NCBI RefSeq assembly: GCF_018977255.1
Contig: NW_024704742.1
Span: 112,408,001 to 112,472,000, forward strand
DNA: 64,000 nt
Source: Callorhinchus milii
Lineage: Eukaryota
Reading direction: 5' to 3'
The position numbers and the translations under genes were made by a program. This document shows positions 25,840-39,664 of this stretch, in pieces. How positions within the stretch are numbered: the first letter of the stretch is position 1; every line of letters starts with the position of its first letter. Under the pieces are notes generated by a model. It was not told where the DNA came from, ran no database searches, and saw only the letters and a program-made list of their open reading frames with translations.

Positions 25840-27000
25840 CCAAGAAAATATGGTAGGCAAAGAGGAAATTAAAATCTTTGCAATTAACATTAAGAATAAT
25901 AGTAAACTTTTTTTAAAAAAATGTGGAGAAAGAGTGGATAAGGAGAACATGGACTCATCAAAAACAGATCTATGTATCTCAGTAGTGAAAAAACATAGCT
26001 AAACAGTTTCATAACATTCTATTCAAAGAGGAATTTGGCTACAATCTTCAGTGGAAAATGATCTGATTGTAGAGATACAGGGAATACGAGAGGTTGGTGA
26101 ATTGGACAAATTCAGAAGATAGAGAAAAAAGTGTAAGGGTTTAAACTGGTGGGAATGAAATCAGATAGAATCAAGGCCCAGATAATTTATTGACTTTAAT
26201 ACCCTAAGGTAGAAACTAAGAAACTGTGGATCTATTCATTACATTCTTGCAAAGCTGTCTGATGTCAGGAGTTATACTAAAAGATTGGAAGGTAGCAAGT
26301 GTGATGCCATTATTCAAGAACAGAGGAAGGGACAAAACAAGTAATTATAAGCAAGTGAGTCTAACATCAGTTGAGGGTAAATGACAAAAAACCATCATTA
26401 GTTTGCTTCACAGCAGAATTGCAATCTTTCATGGGTTTTGTACTGGACTCTTGAATAGAATCCACTCCATCAGCATGTGGCTATATCAATGTCTGAATTT
26501 TCAGAAAGCATTTTATAATGTACATAAGAGATTATCATCAGAAGACACAAGGAATTGGAGGTAATTCATAGAATCATAGAATTATACAGCACGGAAGGAG
26601 GCCATTTGGCCCATAGTGTCTGTGCTGGCTCTTTGGAAGGAGCTATCCAATTCAATCCCACTCCCCCACTTCCATAGCCACGCAAACTTGTCCTCCCAAA
26701 ATAATTACATGACGATAGAAAATTGTTTAGGAAGCAGAGAGTTGGGATAAGTGGGATATTTTCTGATTTGCATGCAGTGACAAATGACATGTCCCAGTAT
26801 CTATGCTGAGGCCAGGCTTTTCACACTATATACAAATGACCAAATAGAGGTGTAGGAATGGGTAAATCCAAATTCCCTGACACTAAACTAGGAAGTGTAT
26901 TAAATTGTGGAGAACAGAAAATTGCAAAGAGGCATAAACATATTAAGTTAGTGAATGCAACTATAAGTGGATCTTAATAGCCAAAAAATTTGCATGCAGT
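25840..27000 (+). mobile_element. Old decayed CR1 fragment, with a younger CR1 tail inserted antisense at 26566-26700
   Basis: DWKVASVMPLFK, NYKQVSLTS and FQKAF remnants; CATAGAATCATAGAA tail in reverse. Confidence 0.7.
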
Positions 27001-27039
27001 ATTTTAGAACTGTTATATTTAAAATATTGAACTACTAAC

Positions 27040-27192
27040 CTGAAATGATTGACAACACCAGTTTTACTCAGAAAGGAGAGTACAAATGAGCCTGGTCTTC
27101 GATCACTTTCCCTGATCAGATAACTACCAGGCCGTTCTGCCTGGCATAGCCGCTCTTCAGCAATTGTACGATCCAGTTTTCCATGATACCAC
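27040..27192 (-). CDS. RASA1: RASA1 exon 2 (N-SH2), 153 bp
   Basis: ttttcag|G TGG TAT CAT GGA: WYHGKLDRTIAEERLCQAERPGSYLIRESDRRPGSFVLSFLSKTGVVNHFR; donor AG|GTTAGT. Confidence 0.97.
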
Positions 27193-27819
27193 CTGAAAAT
27201 GTAAAATTGGTACCGTATTTACAATATAACAAACAATATGAGCACCTCACTCCATTAAGATAAATGATAAAAGGTTCAATTCTGTACATCAATTTTTGCA
27301 GCTGATCTTTTTTAAATAAATCCAAAGGTCACTAGAAAGATCAATACATATTGTACCTTCCTGGTTAACAATACATTTAAATGTAGTCCTGACTAAATTC
27401 TATTTGTATTTTGTGAGCAAAGGTTCTTTACTCTAAATTATTGCTACAATATCTCTACATGATTTATCACAAACACCACCGTAATGTCTTCCCAGACACA
27501 GAAAAGACAACTGTTATACTATGCATTCATCTCTAAAGAAAATACAACAATAACAACATGCATCGCCCTTCACACGGAACAGTGTCTCAGAGCAATTAAG
27601 CTTCAAGCAATATTTTAAAAAAGTATAGATTATCTATTGCAGCCATAACCTTTTGTAAAGTTCAACATTTATATAAAGGATATTATGGTTACCTTATTGG
27701 AGATGATGGAAGAAAGAAAAATTTTGTTTTAAAAAAAACGTTCAGCTGGTAGTACCCTTGATGGAGTAGTGGGTAGAACTACATTTTACAGACCATGAGC
27801 TTGCCGGTTCAATCTCACT

Positions 27820-28085
27820 GGGCAAACTATGTGGTTTTAGCTCGTCAGACTCCGGCATTACCCCAACCCACACCCTGGGATCCCCAAGCCTTGGGTCTTG
27901 CCAACCTGCTTTCCGGATTGGATAAGCAGAATGCGTCCCTCCAGGGAGACTGTGCACTCCATTTAAATAATTTGTCTCTGGAATCTCCACATGTAGGTGG
28001 GATACATGGAATGCTGCTTGGTTTGGATACTCCTATGCATGGTGATAGGTTTCTGCATGTGTCAGACACCAGGCTGACCAAAAAA
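27820..28085 (+). mobile_element. Shorter copy of the unclassified retroposon, inside an old SINE-like element (about 27750-28345)
   Basis: Ends GACC-A(n); TSD AATCTCACT (27811-27819, 28086-28094). Confidence 0.75.
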
Positions 28086-28859
28086 AATCTCACTCGGTGC
28101 TGAGTTTGCTGGCACAAACCAGGGCTGAAGGGGAAATTTTTGGCCCTGGTACCCACGGTTAGAGAGGATAAAACCAGTAGTTGTTCCCGCTTCTCACCCC
28201 CTTTCAGCAATTTCTATCAGCGGCTGAGTCGGGAGAGTCTATGACACCCTCTGCAGTCAAGTGGACTGTTGGCACTTACACATAGACTGGAGGGCAGCCA
28301 ACACTCATGGAACTATACCCCAGCATGAAGAAGCAGGAAGGTACACAAGGGAGAAAATTCAGAATCAATTACACACTAAATTGTAATAACAATAATCCTT
28401 GCATTTGATATAGAGCCTTTTCACATCTTCGAGACGTCTCAAAGTGCTTCAAAGATTATATAGTAAAGTGAATTGATTGGATTCACATCCCACCGCCTGT
28501 ATTCCAGCACCTTGGGACATCCTCCCAACGTGAAAGGCGCTTTACAAATGTAATTTTGTATTGTATATTTCATGAGCAAAACAGGGAAGCCAATTGCACA
28601 CAGCATTGTCCCACAAACAGTCGTGGATTGAGTGACCAATTTTTTTATATGAAGTAATTATTACCCCCGGAAAAGTGATCCGCGAATCGACTAACATCCA
28701 GGTTCCTACTTACTGCGAGGTAAACAGAGGAGTGTTTGTGGAGCAATACAGCTTCACAGATGGGCAGAGAATCTGGAGAAAGCCTTGGACAGGGAGGAAA
28801 GAGATATGCACCCCATATGAAAATGGGGTGGTTAATAACTATGCACCCCATTTTCACAT

Positions 28860-31800
28860 GGCCCTACACTTCTTCCCCTCAAAGATTGAAAACATCCACT
28901 TAGCTGCATCGTCCTCCACCTCCCCCACCACATCCCTTTCCACCCCACCAGACCATCCACACCGCTTTCTCCCTCCGCCATAGCTCCTGCCATTTCCTCC
29001 TCCTTACACGCCTTTGCCCCCATTTCTCCCTCCTCCCCCTTAACCACAATGAAGTTCACCACCTACTGCCTTGAATCCCTCCCCACTCAACTGCTGGTCA
29101 CTCAACTCCCCTTCTCTCCCCACTGCTGAACCAGTCTGTCTCCTCGGCTCTGTTCCACTCCCCCTGAAAACTGCTGTTATCAACAACAACAAGATTCCAT
29201 TTACAGAGCGCCTTTCACGTCGGGAGGACGTCCCAAGGCGCTGTACAGTTGGGTCAGGACCCGAGCAGGGGGGAAATGGTCAGGGTGAGGGGAGGGAAGG
29301 GAGGGAGCGAGGAGGGGGTAGAGAGTCGAGAGGGAAGCTGAAGGCACGGTCAAAGAGAAAGGTCTTGAGACCGGCCTTGAAGGAGGAAAGGGAGGAGGCG
29401 GCGAAGGCACTGGGGGATAGAGTTCCAGAGCCTCGGGGCTGAGAGGCTGAAGGCCCGGCCACCGATGGTCAGGCGGTTGGGGCGGGGGATGTGGATCAGA
29501 CTGGAGAAGGGGAATGGAGGGTACGGGCAGATAAGTAGGGGGATAGTAGGTCAGAGAGGTAGGAGGGAGCAAGGCCGTGAATGGCCTTGTAGGTGAGGAT
29601 GAGGATCTTGAATTCGATCCTCTGGGGGATGGGGAGCCAGTGGAGGCGAGCGAGGGTGGGAGTGATGTGGTCGCGAAGCCTGGTGCGGGACAGTACACGA
29701 GCTGCAGAGTTCTGAATGACCTGCAGCTTGTGGAGGGAGGTGCCGGGAAGGCCGGCGAGGAGAGAGTTCCCATAGTCCAGCCTTGAGGTGATAAAGGCGT
29801 GGACCAGAGTTTCAGCAGCGTGAGGGGTGAGGTAGTGCCGTAGTCTGGCGACATTCCGGAGGTGATGGAAGGCGGTGCCAGTTGTGGTGCGGATATGAGG
29901 GAGAAAGGACAGCTCAGGGTCGAACAGAACACCGAGGTTCCTGATTGGCTTTGAGAGGTGGAGAGTGCAGCCTTGGATGCTGATGGTGTCAGCGCCTGAG
30001 GTGCGGAGGCGCTGACGTGAGCCAATCAGGAGGGCCTCAGTTTTGCACGTTGAGCTGAAGAAAGTTGTCTCTCGTCCAGGACTCGATGTCGGACAGGCAG
30101 CTGTCAGGACATCGGTGGTGGTGGAGTTGAGGGTAGAGGAGGAAAGGTAGAGTTGGGTGTCATCCGCATACATGTGGAAGTTAACCCCATGTCTGCGGAT
30201 GATGTCACCAAGGGGGAGCATATAGAGGGTGAAGAGGAGGGGACCGAGGACAGAGCCCTGAGGGACACCACACGAGACAGTGCGGGGGCTGGAGGAAAAG
30301 CCGTTCGTGGAAACAAAGTGAAGACGGTGGGAGAGGTACGACCTAAACCACTCAAGGACAGGGCCTTGAAGGTTGAGGTGGGAGGACAAGCGGTGGAGGA
30401 GGATAGCGTGGTCGACCGTATCGAATGCTGCCGATAGGTCGAGGAGGACGAGGAGGCAGAGGGAACCCTGGTCACAGATGGTCAGGATGTCATTGGTGAC
30501 CTTGACCAGGGCAGTTTCTGTGCTATGGGCAGCACGGAAACCCGACTGAAGGGGTTCGAATAATGAATGGGTGGAGAGGAAAGAGCGCAGCTGGGAGGCG
30601 ACAACTCGTTCAAGGACCTTGGACAGGAAGGGGAGGTTGGAGATGGGCCGGTAGCTTGATAGCTGCGACGCATCAAGGGAGGGTTTTTTCAAGGTGGGAG
30701 TGATGGTGGCAGTTTTTAAGGGAATGGGAACAGAGCCAGAGGAGAGGGACAGGTTGACGATGTCTGTGATATGTGGGGCAAGGAGGTGGAGCTGGGAGAT
30801 AAGGAGTGGAGTGGGGATGGGGTCAAGGGAGCAGGTGGTGGGTTTCAGGGATAGGATGAGTTTGGTGACAGAGGGTGGGGAAACGGGTACGAAAGTGTGT
30901 AGGGGAGGATGGGTAGGAGTCGGAGTGTGGGAGTGAGGGTTGGGGTGTGGGTGGATGTTGGAGGGAAGTGACCGCGGAGTGGATTCCCTTGATTTTGGAT
31001 TCAAGGAAATCCAGCATCTCCTCACAGTGAAGGTTGGAGGAGATGACCTGTGCGGGGTGGCGGGGGGGACGGAGGAGTCGGGATGTGGTAGAAAACAGTA
31101 GCCTGGGGTTGTTCTTCGCCTCCAGGATTATCCTGGAGTAGAAGGACGACTTGGCCGAGGCTAGAGTGGAGCGGTAGATTTTGAGGAGGTCCAGCCAGAT
31201 TTGTCGGTGGACCGTTAGGCCAGATTTGACGCAGGTGCGTTCAGCGGCCCGCACCTGGCTCTTCAGTGAGCGGAGGTGGGTGGTGAACCAGGGGGAGGAG
31301 CGAGAGTAGGAGACAGTACGGGAGGTGATGGGGGCAAGAGTGTCAAGTGTGGAGGAGAGGGTGTTGTGGAGGAGGGTGAGAGGAGAAGAGGGGTCAGTGA
31401 GGGTTGAAGGCCAGAGGGAGAGGAGTTCAGAGGACTCCAAGGCAGCGGTTAGGGATTGTGGGGGTAACTTCTTCCAGGGGCGGTAGAAGATGGTGGTGGG
31501 TCTGGTGGAGGTGGGGAGGGGGGTGGAGGTGGTGAAGGAGATGAAGTGCTGATCAGAGACGGCCTTGTCGGTGATAGTGACATTCGAGACACTGAGGCCC
31601 CGGGTGATCACCAAGTCGAGTGGGTGGCCGTGACTGTGAGTAGGAGAGTTGATGTGGAGGGAGAGGTTGAGTGAGGAGAGCAGGGAAGAGAAGTCTGAGG
31701 AGATGGAGCAGGAGGGGGTGAAGTGCAGGTTGAAGTCGCCCAGGATGACGATCAGAGCAGAGGCAGAGAGATGTAAGAAGTGTCAAAATATCGGAAATGA

Positions 31801-33458
31801 AGGCGGGAGAGGTTTTTGGGGGCCGGTAGAGGAGGAGGATTTGGAGTGAGAGGGTGAGGTGCTTGAAAGAGGGGAAAGAGCCAGAGGAGCAGGGGGATAG
31901 GGCAAGTGGTGTCCTTGAGATAAGGGCTACACCACCGCCACGGCGGTTGGGGCAAGGTGTGGCCTCCGTGAGGGGAAAGGTGTCGCCTGGGGTGAGCCAG
32001 GTTTCCGTTAAGGCCATGATGTCAATGCTCTCATCAAGGGGTATCATACCCCTATGCAAAAAAAAAAAAACACTCTCTGTCCCTCTTAATCTCTCTCACT
32101 ACCATCTCCAACCTACCCTTCCTTGCCAAAGCCCTGGAACACATTGTTGCAGGTCAACTTCGGTCTCACACCTCTCCCTCCACTCCCTCCTCGAGCCTCT
32201 GCAGTCTGGTTTTCGCCCTGCCCACGCCATAAAGACAGTGTTTGTCAAAGTCACAAATGACATTCTCTCTATCTGTGACCAGGGCTCCCTCTGCCTCCTC
32301 ATCCTCCTGGATCTCTCTATCGCGTTCAACAGTCGACCACACCATTCTCCTTCACCATTCACCTTAGTGGGAACACATTTACATGGTTCGAGTTCTACGT
32401 AACCAACCGCCTCCATTTCAGGCAAATGGTTTCTCCTCCCGCCCCTGACCCTGTTCTATCAACTTGTCTGGCAGACATTAGGGCCTGGATGAGTGTAACC
32501 TTCCTGTAGTTGAATGTGGACAAGACAGAAGCCATACTCCTTGGCTCCCTTCAACGTCTTCACTGCTGTGGATCGAAACTCTTCAACCTCTGAGCTCTCC
32601 CTCACACTCACCAAACCAGTGCGCAATCTAGGCGTCCAGTTCGACCCCCAACTGTCCTTCTTTCCCCCATATCCGGTCCTGACCAGGACCGCCTTCTTCC
32701 ACCTCTGCCACATTGCTCACCTCCAATCATACCTTACCCCAAATGCAGCCGAAACCCTCATGCATGTGTTTGTCATGTCCCGCTTGGATCACTCAAATTT
32801 ATTCCTCGCACTCTCTCCCTGGAGGGATGCATCCTGCTTACCCAATCCCAGGCCGGCTATGCTATCACAAGCAGTGCCTTGGAATACTGCGGACCCACAT
32901 GGCTCAGGAAACAGACTACCGAGACTGCCAGAGGACTGGCTCAATTTTGATAATCCATTGTCAAGCACCTCACCTTGGAGCCAGTTCAACTCGGGCACAC
33001 GTGCCTTCCCATTGAACAATGAGTTTAAGCTGCAGCTGCTTGCCTCTCTGCAAGTCAATCACGTTGGATTTCTGTAGTTGGAGTATGTATGTGTGTTCAC
33101 GAACTAGGACTCCAAGGTAACATCTTCCAGCAGGTGCTGTCCCAAGGGTTGACTTTTTGGCTAAGGGAATAGGTATGTGAAGCCTACCACCAGCAGCAGG
33201 GCTTTCAGCCTCTCTGCCCCCACACTCTGGAACTCCATCCCACGGTCCCTTCACCTCGCTTCCTCCCTTGCCTCCTTCAAGGCCAGTCTCAAGACCCTTC
33301 TCTTCGATCGTGCCTTTGGTCGCCCTCCCACCTCTCTGCCTTCCCTCAACCCTACACCACCCCTCCCCCATGCTCAGGTCCTGACACCTGACTGTTCAGC
33401 GCTTTAGGACGTCCCCCTGACGTGAAAGGCGCTCCATAAATGTAATTTTGTTGTTGTT
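28860..33458 (+). mobile_element. Older L2 copy split by the young L2 and by an unclassified repeat (32812-33170)
   Basis: ...PLKTAVI at 29160-29180 resumes at 32047 (TPxx[19 protein letters not shown]) and ends in the L2 stem-loop/(TTG)n tail at about 33400-33458. Confidence 0.85.
29183..32041 (-). mobile_element. Young L2-clade LINE, near-complete ORF2 (APE endonuclease + RT), frameshifted
   Basis: LTETW, GGGV, YRPP, GDFN (endonuclease); [48 protein letters not shown] (RT). 3' stem-loop plus (TTG)n tail; TATCA at both flanks (29178-29182, 32042-32046). Confidence 0.95.
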
Positions 33459-35689
33459 CTCTCAAATAGACTGAGGTGGTGAGATGGAATGCATGATGGG
33501 GAAACTTGGCCTTTTCTCATTCCAGGAATCATGTTCTTAAAGAATAATATACAGACTATGAAAGCAAGTCAAAAATTTGATTCGAACCTGGCCCTTTAAA
33601 TTTTAAGTTAAGCGTTATCCAGTTTTTAAGGTGCAATGATTTAATATGAGTTTTTTTTATTGCATGGATGTACAGCCCATAGACCCATGCTATACAGACA
33701 CTTAACTAGCCAGATCCCATGATTTAAATGGCGACCTTCTGGATCATCAGATCACTGCTAAAGTCACTTCTTGCACTTGCACGCATACTCGGTGACATCT
33801 GCAGCAAACAGACGAACTCAACGTCAGTCTTTTTTTGCACTCTTAACACTGAGTTTGATATTATGGTTCCAGACTACTGTGTTACAGCGTTGTTGGCCTG
33901 TATGATTATCATAATAGTCCAAACTAAAAGTATTACGTTAAAGTCATCAGCTCATTGCTGATTCCATAAAGGGACAAGATAAAAACTGATCAAGGTAGCA
34001 GATTATACATTTTCATAGCATATTCACACTTTGCATTACCAGAACCATAGATAGGTATTTTGTGAATCATCTGGCCTGTTACATGATTTTAAAAACAGAT
34101 ATGGCTTTAACCAACCAACAATGGAAGCAATTAGGTAACAGGGTTAAGTAAAACAGATCAAAGCAAATAAATGTTTTGTTATTTGTTTTATGTTTGAGAT
34201 AAAAGTGATTGGTGATTTCCAAAGCAAAAAAGGTTGCAGTACCTTACAGCCTTTTTTAAATTTAGGAAAAACTGAAGCACACCAAAAGTCTTCCTAGTGT
34301 CATTATTTCTAAAGATATTCAAGTTTTGCATCCAACAGATCACCTGTTGTTGCCTCAGAATTCTTACAAATTGAAGACAGAAACATCCATAAGCATGAAG
34401 AATGGAGACAGGTGACCAAACTAGATTCCTAAAATTGATATTGCACTGTAAAAGTTCAATAAACTCAGTGTGAAACCTCTTGCTATGATACTTTCCCATC
34501 ACCAAAAGATAACTAATAGTATTTACTTTAAATATTATTCACTTTTCACATCATAATTTAGTATCAACACACCTAAATCCTTCAAAATAGTAAAGTCCAA
34601 AGAAAATGAATTTTAAAAAGTAGATTGCCATAAAAGAGTAATGGGGACAAATTTATTTAGGGAGAGAGAATGCATTCACTTACTTTGGGAAATATGCAAG
34701 ACAATCTAACTGCATCGTTTAAAGAAGAAATCTGGTCTATACTATTTCCTTGCTCAAACTGAGTTAATTTAAAACAAAATAAAAAGTAAGTTATCGTCTT
34801 TCAATAAAACATTCCAGCAATTATAAGCAGAATATGTCAAATCTGCAAAATTAATTGTTGTGACCAACAAAATAAGAATCATAATGAGTAATGTAAATCA
34901 TTATTCTTGCAGTAACATTTCAGACAGCATCAAGACTTACTTAACCAACAAAGAATTACACTTAGAGTTATGAGTGATCTCCACCTCCCATAAAAAGCAG
35001 AAAAGATGATTTGTTCTGTAATCTATACAAAATGATATTTTTTTTTAAAAAAGCAGACGTTTATTAAAATCCTCAGAGTTTGAATTACACTAAGCTCGAA
35101 AGCCCATTGAAAAGCGTTTCTAACTAGAATTATAATAAGAACCCTATTTCTCCTATATGACCAAAAAACAGAATACAAACAGTCTTACCAAATGAATGCC
35201 ACTGGGGGGGGGGGTGAAAAGAGCAAGTTAGAAGAAAGCACACGTATACGTTGTCAATTAGAGAGCAATGTCTACATACAACTGATCAATATTCAGGATA
35301 CTACTGGCCAACAATATTTAGAATTTTGGCTATATTTCTACAAGACTGGAAATGCCAAATGCATTCACCCTATACTATAAACCCTCAGTTTTAGGAGTTG
35401 CTGTGGGCTCATTTACTTTAACCCATTGCAAGCCAGTCAATCATATCAAATCATGGTCTGAAGCATTGAAACATATTCTTATAGTATTGAACATGACCAA
35501 CAGGATTTTCAATTGAGATAAACATAGGAATAACAGAATCTTCATCCTTTATGCAAAGCAATTTTAAAACAAATTACACAAATTAAAGCTCAACTTAATT
35601 TTACTACCTCAAAGTAAATATCTAACTGCTCATTCCACTCACACCTGATGCATGCAACCCAAAAAACAAAGAATATTTGCCCTTCCTGG

Positions 35690-37520
35690 CAACCTGTTCC
35701 AATTATTAATTACCCTTTGAGTGAAGAAAATCTTCCTAGTATGTGTCCTAAATTGCCCATTTACAACTCTAAATCTACATACTCTTCTTCTGTTGTCTTG
35801 GTGCATTATAAAGTATTGATCTGATTTACTTTTTCAATCTCATTTAAAGTTGCATACGCTTCTATGAGGTCTCATCTGAGTCTTCTTCTGTCAAGACTGA
35901 AGAGTCCTAGCTGGTCTAATCATTGCTCAAAACTTATTCGTCTAACACTAGGGATTATCATCATTTCTCTATGCACTGCTTCAAAGGTCTGAGCAGCCCC
36001 TTATGACACTGTGTACTCAAGGTGCAGTGTGACCAGAGCACTATACAGCCTGAGAAGAACATCTACAACAACAACAACAAGATTCCATTTATAGAGCGCC
36101 GTTCACGTCGGGAGGACGTCCCAAGGCACTGGACAGTTGGGTCAGGAATCGAGCAGGGGAGAAATGGTCAGGGTGAGGGGAGGGAGCGAGGAGGGGGTAG
36201 ACAGTCGAGAGGGGAGCTGAAGGCACAGTCAAAGAGAAAGGTCTTGAGACCGGCCTTGAAGGAGGAAAGGGAGGAGGCGGCGAAGGCACTGGGGGATAGA
36301 GTTCCAGAGCCTCGGGGCTGAGAGGCTGAAGGCCCGAACACCAATGGTCAGGCGGTTGGGGCGGGGGATGTGGATCAGACTGGAGAAGGGGAATGGAGGG
36401 TACGGGCAGGTAAGTAGGGGGATAGTAGGTCAGAGAGGTAGGAGGGAGCAAGGCCATGAATGGCCTTGTAGGTGAGGATGAGGATCTTGAATTCGATCCT
36501 CTGGGGGATGGGGAGCCAGTGGAGGCGAGCGAGGGTGGGAGTGATGTGATCGCGAAGCCTGGTGCGGGACAGTACACGAGCTGCAGAGTTCTGAATGACC
36601 TGCAGCTTGTGGAGGGAGGTGCCGGGAAGGCCGGCGAGGAGAGAGTTCCCATAGTCCAGCCTTGAGGTGACGAACGCGTGGACCAGAGTTTCAGCAGCGT
36701 GAGGGGTGAGGTAGTGCCGTAGTCTGGCGACGTTTCGGAGGTGATGGAAGGCGGTGCCAGTTGTGGCGCGGATATGAGGGAGAAAGGACAGCTCAGGGTC
36801 GAACAGAACACCGAGGTTCCTGATTGGCTTTGGGAGGTGGAGAGTGCAGCCTTGGATGCTGATGTTGTCAGCGCCAGAGGTGTGGAGGTGCTGACGTGAG
36901 CCAATCAGGAGGGCCTCAGTTTTGCGCACGTTGAGGTAGAGATCTAAACTCAACCGATTTAGCAATATAACTCAGCAACCTGTTTGCTTGTTTACTGCTG
37001 CTTCACCCTGTTTTACCATTTTGAGCGACAAATCAACAAACACCCCTAGAGCTCTTTCAGCTCCCACTTCAGCAAATTCTATCCCATACTTGGAAGTACT
37101 CGTGTTTCCTATTCTTGCACCTTATATGTAGTACTAAACTTCATTTGGCAGTTATCAGTCCATGTGCATACAATATCAGGCTCTCTTTATAGGATTTACT
37201 GCCTCCTTGGATTCCACTGTTCCATTAAACTTGGTGTCATCTGCAAATTTAACTACCTAACCACCTGGGTATTTGAACACAGGTCCTTAACATACACATG
37301 AGGAACAGGAGATTCTAGTACAGACCTCTGAGGTACCCCCTTAATATCACCCCCTTTTTTGGCCTAGTTCCCCTAACACAGGCCCTCTACTATCTTCCCT
37401 TGAGCTATTTATATCTCCATGTCCATAGATTGTGAAGGAGTCTTTCATGTGGTTTGTCAAATGCTTTTTGGCACCTCCTCAAAAATGTTTATGAGACAAG
37501 GCCTACCCTTTGTGAACCCT
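35690..37520 (-). mobile_element. Old CR1-like fragment interrupted by the young L2
   Basis: KFADDTK (ttggtgtcatctgcaaattt at about 37231) and GVP-like remnants; similar to 16450-16584 and 19970-20185. Confidence 0.7.
36066..36935 (-). mobile_element. 5'-truncated young L2, near-identical to 29183-30057
   Basis: [16 protein letters not shown]...[10 protein letters not shown]...LHWLP; same 3' UTR and tail; sits inside an old CR1 fragment. Confidence 0.95.
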
Positions 37521-38185
37521 TAGGAACATAGGAGCAGGAGTAGGCCATTCAGCCCTTCGAGCCTGTTACACCATTCAATTAGATCATGGCTGATCTGTAC
37601 CTCAATTAATCCTGTCAATTCCAATTTCCCACATTTTCCCCATATCTCTTAATATCCTGATCTACCAAAAATCTATCAACATCGCTCTTGAAGGTGTGGA
37701 TGCATCCAGGATCCACAGCCTCTTGGGGGAAGAGAGTTCCAGATTTCTACCACCCTTTGAGTGAAAAAATGCTTCCTGATTTCACTCTTAAATGGCCTGG
37801 TTCTAATTTTAAGACTATGCCCTCTTGTATTGGATTCCCCCACTAGAGGAAATAGCTTCTCTGTATCTACCCTCTCAAATCCCTTTATCATCTTAAATAC
37901 CTCAATCAAATCACCCCTCAACCTTGTAAACTCAAATGAATACAAGCTAAGTTGATGCAGCCTTTATTTGTAACTTAACCCTTTAAGGCCTAGTAACATT
38001 CTGGTGAACCTGCGCTGCACCCCCTCCAGAGCCAATATATCTTTCCTGAGGTGTGATGCCCCAAACTGAACTCAGTACTCCAGACCAACGTTCTACACAA
38101 CTGAAGCATTATTTCTTCCCTTTGGATTCCAGGCCCCTGGAGGTAAAGGCCAACATGCCATGTGCCTGTTTGATTACTTTTAGGA
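37521..38185 (-). mobile_element. CR1 LINE 3' end
   Basis: [38 protein letters not shown]; tail GGAACATAGGAGCAGGAGTAGGCCATT on plus. Confidence 0.92.
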
Positions 38186-38304
38186 CTTGTTATCTTGGAA
38201 TTACTCTTGTGGTACACACAGTATTCTGGAATAAGTCACACTTGGCATCTGAAAGCACAATTATCGTCAGAAGACTATTTGCACTCAGATTTCTCAGAAT
38301 TATC

Positions 38305-39470
38305 GACATTACATTCGTATAGCGCTTTTCACATCAGGAGGACGTCCCAAGGCGCTGAACAATCAGTGTTTCGAACCCGAGCTGGGATCAGGGAGGGTGT
38401 AGGCCGGGGGAGGGGGAAGGAGGGTGACCGAAGGCACGGTCAATTAGTAGGCGGTCTTGAGATGGGTCTTGAAGGAGGTGGTGGGGGGGCAGAGGAACTA
38501 TGGAATAGAGTTCCAGAGGGTGGGGGCAGAGTCACTGAAGGCCTGCTCGCCAATGATGGATTGGGCAAGATGGGGGACACAAAGCAGGCTGAGCAGAGGG
38601 AGTGGGCAGCTCAGTAAGGGATTAGGAGGTCGAGGGGTGGGGATGGGCAAGGCCATGGAGGTCTTTGAAAGTGAGGATCAGGATCTTGAATTGCTTCCCC
38701 TGTGTGATGGGAAGCCAATGGAGTTGGGCGAGGATGGGGGTGATAGGGTCGCGGAGCCTGGTGCGGGAGAGGACATGGGCCGCAGACTTCTAGATGATCT
38801 GCAGTCCGTGGAGGGAGAAGCTCGGAAGCCGACAGGTAGGGAGTTTGCATAGTCGAGCCTGGATATTATGAATGTGTGCATGAGGGTTTCGGTTGCCTGC
38901 GGATGGCAACAGTGGCAGAGCCAAGCGATGTTGCAGAGTTGGGGAAAAGCAGAGTGGGTCATGGCATGGACATGGGGTATGAAGGACAGTTGAGGGTCGA
39001 ACAGGATGCAGAGGTTCCATGAGATGTAGAGTGCTTCCACAGAGGGAAATGCTGTCAGCGCTTGAGGTATGGAGGCGCTGACGGGAGCCAACCAAGAGGG
39101 CCTCAAGTCTTGTTGACATTCAACTGCAGGAAGTTAGCTCTCATCCGGGACTTGATGTCTGATAGGCAGTCTGTGAGGATAACAGTGGTTCTGGAATTGT
39201 GGGTGGAGGCAGAGAGGTAGAATTGGGTGTCATCTGCATACATGTGGAAGTTGACCCTATGTCTGCAGATGATATCACCAAGAGAGAGCATATAAATATT
39301 GAAAAGGAGAGGGCCAAGGACAAAGCCTTGAGGGGCGCCACACGCAACAGTACAGGGACTGGAGAAGCCGTTGGTGGCAATAAAGTGGAGACGGTGGGAA
39401 AGGTAGGATTTGAAGACAAGGGCAGAGGTTGAGCTAAGAGAGGCAGTGTAGGAGGATGGAATCAACAGTC
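38305..39470 (-). mobile_element. Decayed L2 LINE
   Basis: GAPQGFVLGP, MYADDTQFY, SRLDYANSL; stem-loop tail at about 38320-38355. Confidence 0.9.
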
Positions 39471-39664
39471 AACACTATATGATTATTGACAATCGAATGT
39501 TTCAGCTTTGTATCCAAAATTAGTAGTTTTGCATTCACTTCAAAAATAAGACTGCTTCAGACATTAGTCACTGCACAATGGCATCATTGTAAAGGAAGTG
39601 GTGCAGATACTTCCAAAAGAACTAGAACTCCAAAAATACTTGTTTTGGGTTAGCCCAAGTCATG

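Noticed and set aside
29201..30025. 274-aa Ser/Pro-rich ORF (and 271 aa at 36089-36904)
   Set aside because: Alternative frame of the C-rich L2 ORF2/3' UTR; shared only because the copies are near-identical.
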